From Escherichia phage vB_EcoM_G50, in sequence record NC_054917.1: DNA of 64,000 nucleotides; one strand, 5' to 3'. Made by a program: the position numbers and the translations under genes. Shown here one piece after another: positions 59,034-64,000 of this stretch (the stretch's first letter is position 1; each line of letters starts with the position of its first letter). The notes beneath the pieces were generated by a model. The model was given only the letters and a program-made list of their open reading frames with translations. It was not told the origin of the DNA and did no database searches.

Positions 59034-59371
59034 CTAGTACTCAATCCTCGATTATAAGAATCTACCAAACGGTCAACCATTGAATGACAAGCGGCTTTAT
59101 CTTTCTCCTCCGCAACTGAACATTCTAAGGTATTCCACTTTTTAGCATATCGTTTTAATAAAGTATCATTTTTGTATCTGCTTGATTTATCTCTTTCTCC
59201 GTCTTTATATGCATATATTAATTTCTGCGCAAATTCAGCTTGGCATGCTTTATTTTTCCCGCAATAATCCGCGGCAGTACGGTTTACATACTCTCTAATT
59301 TCAGTATATGATGTATTTGCTAACGCAGAAAATGAAATTAATCCTATACATAAAACCAAAATTTTAGTCAT
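59030..59371 (-). CDS. secreted protein with signal peptide and four Cys
   Basis: 113 aa; MTKILVLCIGLISFSALA signal. Confidence 0.45.
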   Translation of the reverse strand: MTKILVLCIGLISFSALANTSYTEIREYVNRTAADYCGKNKACQAEFAQKLIYAYKDGERDKSSRYKNDTLLKRYAKKWNTLECSVAEEKDKAACHSMVDRLVDSYNRGLSTR

Positions 59372-59909
59372 TTACTATTTCCAAAAGTTTATTATTTTTA
59401 AGGTAGTTAGCCTTTTCTAGGACTTCAGAAGCATATTTAGAACCTGCTTTAACATTCCATCCCGAATTATAAGAGGATATTGCCTTTCTTATATCACCCT
59501 TATGTATATTTAACCAATAAGAAAGTTCAATGTACGCCCAGGAAGCTGAATTGGACCGTTTATTCAACATTCTTTTTATTTCGGCATCGGTCATATTATA
59601 ACCAAGTTCCTTAATTCTTGCTCGCATAGTCGGCAAATAATTTTGGAACATTCCGTAGGCATGATGCTTTGGTTTAGATTTTAAATTAACTCCGGCAGAG
59701 CTTTCTTGCCATAAAATAGCAGCCATTATATGACCCAATCCGCTCTTGTGGATATTTTTGTGTGTTTTATATTTTCCATCCTTAGAAAATTGTTCCCCGA
59801 ATTGATACGCGTAACGCATGTTATCGAGTTGGACATTACTGAAAGTATGCTCGGAGCTATGTGCCATCATTGAAATTGCCAATAGACCAGCGAGTAGTGC
59901 TTTTCTCAT
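59364..59909 (-). CDS. secreted lytic transglycosylase (SLT domain)
   Basis: 181 aa; signal peptide; ES (ILWQESS), GMFQ and YNSG motifs. Confidence 0.6.
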   Translation of the reverse strand: MRKALLAGLLAISMMAHSSEHTFSNVQLDNMRYAYQFGEQFSKDGKYKTHKNIHKSGLGHIMAAILWQESSAGVNLKSKPKHHAYGMFQNYLPTMRARIKELGYNMTDAEIKRMLNKRSNSASWAYIELSYWLNIHKGDIRKAISSYNSGWNVKAGSKYASEVLEKANYLKNNKLLEIVND

Positions 59910-59916
59910 GCTTACC

Positions 59917-60378
59917 TCATTGAGTTTTAATTACTGCTTTAGAAGCCTTTCCTGGTAAACGACGACTGTTGATAATTGCCATCCTACATTGAAGCGACGG
60001 GTCTTTGAACTTCGCATTAGGTTTACAAACTGTAAATCCAAGCCAAAGATTTCCATCTGTGATTTCTAAACGTCCAGGGCGATATTCAACCCCATCAATA
60101 AAATCCTCGTCAATGTCAGGACGCGGAGGCATACTCAGGAATTCATTAACTTCTAAAACATGGTCTTTTATTTTGTGGAATAATTCAAAAACATATGTCT
60201 CATCAATCTCCCGTTGAATTGCACGATCAAGAAGATGCTGAGAATATTTTAGATGAAACGATGAGACCCCTGCTGCTTTTGATGCCTCACGAATCTCATT
60301 GTTAATTTGACGAAACTCCGACTCAAAGTGACGACGGAGCTTATTTCGACGGATAAAAACTTCTGTGTTGATAGTCAT
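59917..60378 (-). CDS. regB: endoribonuclease RegB
   Basis: 153 aa; matches T4 RegB. Confidence 0.85.
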   Translation of the reverse strand: MTINTEVFIRRNKLRRHFESEFRQINNEIREASKAAGVSSFHLKYSQHLLDRAIQREIDETYVFELFHKIKDHVLEVNEFLSMPPRPDIDEDFIDGVEYRPGRLEITDGNLWLGFTVCKPNAKFKDPSLQCRMAIINSRRLPGKASKAVIKTQ

Positions 60379-60405
60379 GTTATTCTCCTCTTAACTGATA
60401 GAAAA

Positions 60406-60435
60406 ATTATACCACAGTCAAGAGGAAAAGTAAAC
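60406..60435 (-). promoter_or_regulatory. early promoter upstream of regB with -10 inside a 9/10 inverted repeat
   Basis: GTTTAC-18-TATAAT; CTCTTGACTG...CAGTTAAGAG. Confidence 0.55.
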
Positions 60436-60437
60436 AG

Positions 60438-60716
60438 TTATTCTTTAAATCTAATCAATTTATTCATAGACTTTGAAACTTCTGCACGAACCTCATGTAG
60501 GTTTTTGAGTTGCTCAAGACGCTGCTCATAGTAAGCAATTTCATCTTCTTCGAGACAGTCCTGTGAATCTTCTTTAAGATAGCGTGCATAATCCTGGAAA
60601 GCGTTACGGACTACTTCCTGGAAGTCATCAAGACTTTGAATTTTCTTAGGAGCAACAGATACACGACGAGGGGCAGTATAATACTCATAACCAAACCCTG
60701 CGCTTAATTGAGCCAT
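60438..60716 (-). CDS. hypothetical protein (vs.3 position)
   Basis: Start at internal ATG overlapping upstream stop. Confidence 0.4.
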   Translation of the reverse strand: MAQLSAGFGYEYYTAPRRVSVAPKKIQSLDDFQEVVRNAFQDYARYLKEDSQDCLEEDEIAYYEQRLEQLKNLHEVRAEVSKSMNKLIRFKE

Positions 60717-60982
60717 TAATATTTTTCCTCTGGTTGGAACACAGCACGACAAGCCCACATACTGGCTTCTTTGAGTTTCGTTTTAGCAATAGTTAACTGA
60801 TCGAGGCTTTCAGCATAATTCTTCGCGAATTCACAGTCTTCACAATTATCTAGTGCTTCCCAAAATTCATCGTATAAAGCATCAAAGATAAGTCCTAAAC
60901 GAACTTCAGCATCTTTAATAGCATTCACTTTACCGATTTTCTCTTCAGTATGTGGCTTATAACCCTTAATATCTTCAATCAT
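60716..60982 (-). CDS. small acidic helical protein (vs.4 position; possible Acb2-like nucleotide sponge)
   Basis: 88-aa ORF, fourth gene downstream of regB; functional label from position only. Confidence 0.35.
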   Translation of the reverse strand: MIEDIKGYKPHTEEKIGKVNAIKDAEVRLGLIFDALYDEFWEALDNCEDCEFAKNYAESLDQLTIAKTKLKEASMWACRAVFQPEEKY

Positions 60983-61196
60983 ATTTTACTTCCTCACCAG
61001 TACCTAAATCATATTCAACTAAACGAATAGGCTCATGAATTCCATATCCCTGAACAGAAATTTCTGTCGTAGGATAAATTCCATCAATATCACCCATATT
61101 CCATGCTTCATTAAATTGCTGTTCGCCTGAATTACTAAACCACTCGGCGAAAGCATTTAGCACATCTTTAGAACCTTCAATAATTATCTTTGCCAT
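60975..61196 (-). CDS. hypothetical small protein
   Basis: 73-aa ORF. Confidence 0.4.
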   Translation of the reverse strand: MAKIIIEGSKDVLNAFAEWFSNSGEQQFNEAWNMGDIDGIYPTTEISVQGYGIHEPIRLVEYDLGTGEEVKYD

Positions 61197-61558
61197 TACA
61201 GACTCTCGGTAAAGGTACGAGCGATAACGTCGCGCTGCTGTTCCGGAGTCAGAGAGTTAAAGCGAACTGCATAACCGGATACACGGATGGTCAGCTGCGG
61301 ATATTTTTCCGGATGCTTAACTGCATCTTCCAGAGTTTCACGACGCAGAACGTTAACGTTCAGGTGTTGACCACCTTCAATTTTAACTGTAGGCTGTTGC
61401 TCAATTTCAATTTCACGGGCATGCAAACCGTAGAAAATTTCTGGGTCTACAAAAGAGTCCTCTTTAAAGGTTTTAGAAACAATAATTCGTGCTTGAATAC
61501 CATCTTCAAAATAAATAGTACCTTTGTGTGTGCCTTCAAGAATTTGATATGCTTTCAT
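61196..61558 (-). CDS. autonomous glycyl-radical cofactor (GrcA/YfiD-like)
   Basis: 120 aa; C-terminal about 60 aa ([59 protein letters not shown]) identical to E. coli GrcA as recalled; GC-rich host-like codons in that half. Confidence 0.8.
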   Translation of the reverse strand: MKAYQILEGTHKGTIYFEDGIQARIIVSKTFKEDSFVDPEIFYGLHAREIEIEQQPTVKIEGGQHLNVNVLRRETLEDAVKHPEKYPQLTIRVSGYAVRFNSLTPEQQRDVIARTFTESL

Positions 61559-61565
61559 ATAAACC

Positions 61566-61892
61566 TCAATTAGAAAATAAATTTATCCAAGATTGTTCTT
61601 TAATTAAAAATGGCTCAGAATCATATGCCATTAAACTCTGTGTGATTAGTCCTTTAAAAGGCCCATCAATAAATTCCATAGTAAAATATGGAATTTTATT
61701 CATTAGCCGTGCATTAGGAGCCGTGCACAAAACTCTGCATCCTTTGAATACGCCTTTTTGTAATTTGTATTGCTTAGGATAAAATTCGCTCAAAATGTTA
61801 TTTTTTGCTAAAATTTCAAAATGATTCACCAATTTATTTTTAATAGTTTTTGGCGAAAAATAGAGATATTCGAAAAGCTGAGTGTCTGTCAT
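61566..61892 (-). CDS. hypothetical protein
   Basis: ORF from ATG overlapping upstream stop (ATGA). Confidence 0.4.
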   Translation of the reverse strand: MTDTQLFEYLYFSPKTIKNKLVNHFEILAKNNILSEFYPKQYKLQKGVFKGCRVLCTAPNARLMNKIPYFTMEFIDGPFKGLITQSLMAYDSEPFLIKEQSWINLFSN

Positions 61893-62431
61893 CATTGCAT
61901 TCCGATTACGAAAAACTGTGGACGAGTAATACCACCAATGCAACATTTAATATTACAGCAGCAGTGTACAGTGTCAATATGGACACTATAAATCTTATCC
62001 ATATCAGGAGATTTGACAGGCTCATCAATTATATATAAAATTCGCGAAAGCTTTAAACCTCTGAACTTGCTTCCTTTATTACCGATAAAACTGCGCACAG
62101 AATCAGTAAATAAACGAAAACGTATATCATCATTAGAATAACGCGAAAATTCCTTTTTAATGTTATTTGCAGAAATTTTAGCGTAAGCTGAAGTATTAGA
62201 AAGAACAATAACTGTTCCGCCATCATACAACCAATTAGCAGCAAAGTTAGTCACAGCAATTGATTTACCGGATTGACGTCCACCGTCTAGTCGAAGTGTG
62301 CAATACTGTTTAAGTAATTCTTCAAATGGCGGGATATATTCGTTTTTACAAATTTCTTCTACTCTAGCATCAGAATGGTGTGTAAAAGCATTCATCAGGG
62401 ATAGATAAGGACCAGTTAAAAATGTTCTCAT
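61892..62431 (-). CDS. small P-loop NTPase
   Basis: 179 aa; Walker A GGRQSGKS, Walker B ILYIIDE; C-terminal Cys cluster. Confidence 0.5.
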   Translation of the reverse strand: MRTFLTGPYLSLMNAFTHHSDARVEEICKNEYIPPFEELLKQYCTLRLDGGRQSGKSIAVTNFAANWLYDGGTVIVLSNTSAYAKISANNIKKEFSRYSNDDIRFRLFTDSVRSFIGNKGSKFRGLKLSRILYIIDEPVKSPDMDKIYSVHIDTVHCCCNIKCCIGGITRPQFFVIGMQ

Positions 62432-62571
62432 TTCTTCTCTCTAAATTTGGGCCATTCCGTGGCGCATGAATTGTCCATTTCTGTATTTACCCATTACCGC
62501 ACTTGGGCTCGACCTTATTACAGGTTGGCGGGAATCCCTCACAGAATCATGAGGTCCAGGTTGTTCCCATA

Positions 62572-63045
62572 TTATTTGAACGATTTAACGTACTGAATAG
62601 AACCTTTACTATTCACGAAAGCGATTTTACCATTTTTATTATACATGGTAGCAGTACGCTGATAGCCATAAGTTTGCTTACCAGATTGATAACCAACTAA
62701 TGCAAAATTATCTTCACCCATTTTATTCTGTTTAGCGCGAATGCGTTCATGACCATGTGCCATAAGAACCTTAGCATCACCAGTTGCAATGGATCGACGA
62801 GTTTTTTCATCTTCAACTGTATTAACAAAGTCGTCAAATGAATCAAATTTAGCATGAGATTTATTATACAGTTTTCCATCTACTGCATAATTATATCCCT
62901 GTACATCCATCTCAACTTCTGTACCATCATCCAATACAGCAGTGATTTTCTGTCCTTTTTTAAATTTCAAAAGATCAGTAAAAGATTCAGCAATAATTTG
63001 AGAATTAATAGCTGCTTCAGTAATAAATTCTTGATATGTTTTCAT
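62572..63045 (-). CDS. internal head protein with capsid targeting sequence
   Basis: 157 aa starting MKTYQEFITE (CTS consensus). Confidence 0.65.
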   Translation of the reverse strand: MKTYQEFITEAAINSQIIAESFTDLLKFKKGQKITAVLDDGTEVEMDVQGYNYAVDGKLYNKSHAKFDSFDDFVNTVEDEKTRRSIATGDAKVLMAHGHERIRAKQNKMGEDNFALVGYQSGKQTYGYQRTATMYNKNGKIAFVNSKGSIQYVKSFK

Positions 63046-63061
63046 GTGTATCCTTTAATTT

Positions 63062-63379
63062 TTATTCTTTAGGGAAGTTTTTAGAATATGCATCATAAAG
63101 CTTATTTCCAATACGGCGGAAAACTCTAGCCGCAAAACGATTTTCTGGGTTTTTAATCATGATTTGCATCATATAAGTACCCGCGTCAGAAAGAGCTTCT
63201 TCATAGTACCCGTTAATTTCTTTAAGAGTCCTACGTTTACCACCAGGACCATCAACAGTGATTTTCCATTTACCTGTAGAAGTGCGACTTGGCGGCTCAA
63301 CTTGTTCAATCCAGATATAACCGCCTTCTACACGTTGTCCTTGGGCAGATTCTGCAATAAATTCTTTAAACGTTTTCAT
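63062..63379 (-). CDS. internal head protein with capsid targeting sequence
   Basis: 105 aa starting MKTFKEFIAE. Confidence 0.65.
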   Translation of the reverse strand: MKTFKEFIAESAQGQRVEGGYIWIEQVEPPSRTSTGKWKITVDGPGGKRRTLKEINGYYEEALSDAGTYMMQIMIKNPENRFAARVFRRIGNKLYDAYSKNFPKE

Positions 63380-63416
63380 ATGGTTCCTTTAAATATTTTA
63401 ATTAGTAACTATGAAT

Positions 63417-63446
63417 ATACTATCACAGTTCTAGGAGAAAGTAAAC
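63417..63446 (-). promoter_or_regulatory. T4-type early promoter upstream of internal protein genes
   Basis: GTTTAC-18-TAGTAT. Confidence 0.55.
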
Positions 63447-63450
63447 AACT

Positions 63451-63996
<546 letters not shown>

Positions 63997-64000
63997 TCAT

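Noticed and set aside
62432-62571. Possible tRNA in the GC-rich spacer
   Set aside because: No acceptor/T-arm cloverleaf could be built by eye on either strand; kept only as unexplained GC-rich spacer

Overview
This window is a T4-like (Tevenvirinae) myovirus early/middle gene region, running from rIIA at the left edge to lysozyme gene e at the right edge. Every confident gene is on the minus strand, so transcription runs right to left; the one exception is a small membrane-protein ORF on the plus strand at 17359-17559. Recognisable genes include rIIA, gene 60 with its 50-nt translational bypass, a mobA-like HNH endonuclease, topoisomerase gene 39, motB, dexA, dda, srd, modA/modB, soc, 56, primase 61, spackle, dmd, helicase 41, uvsX, 42, imm, DNA polymerase 43, regA, clamp loader 62/44, clamp 45, rpbA, 46/47, alpha-gt, late sigma 55, nrdH/nrdG/nrdD, endonuclease VII (49), nrdC, rI, tk, regB, two internal-protein genes and e. 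Regulatory signals are typical of T4: early promoters (GTTTAC-17/18-TATAAT), late promoters (TATAAATA), a MotA-box middle promoter, and many C(UUCG)G hairpins after genes. Coordinates follow the supplied ORF track; a few starts were moved to an internal ATG where the track start looked like a promoter read-through or alternative codon. Calls rest on my recollection of T4 proteins and on motifs visible in the translations; no database search was possible. The most interesting loci, none of which I can confirm as novel, are: a nucleotidyltransferase operon with a membrane protein (52651-55207), a TARG1/DarG-like macrodomain gene (58554-59033), an HNH endonuclease plus convergent membrane ORF between genes 56 and 61, a second gene-60-like GGA-UAG-hairpin motif upstream of alpha-gt, four tandem paralogs with a shared coiled-coil tail (45887-49858), and a P-loop gene plus GC-rich spacer where I expected denV.
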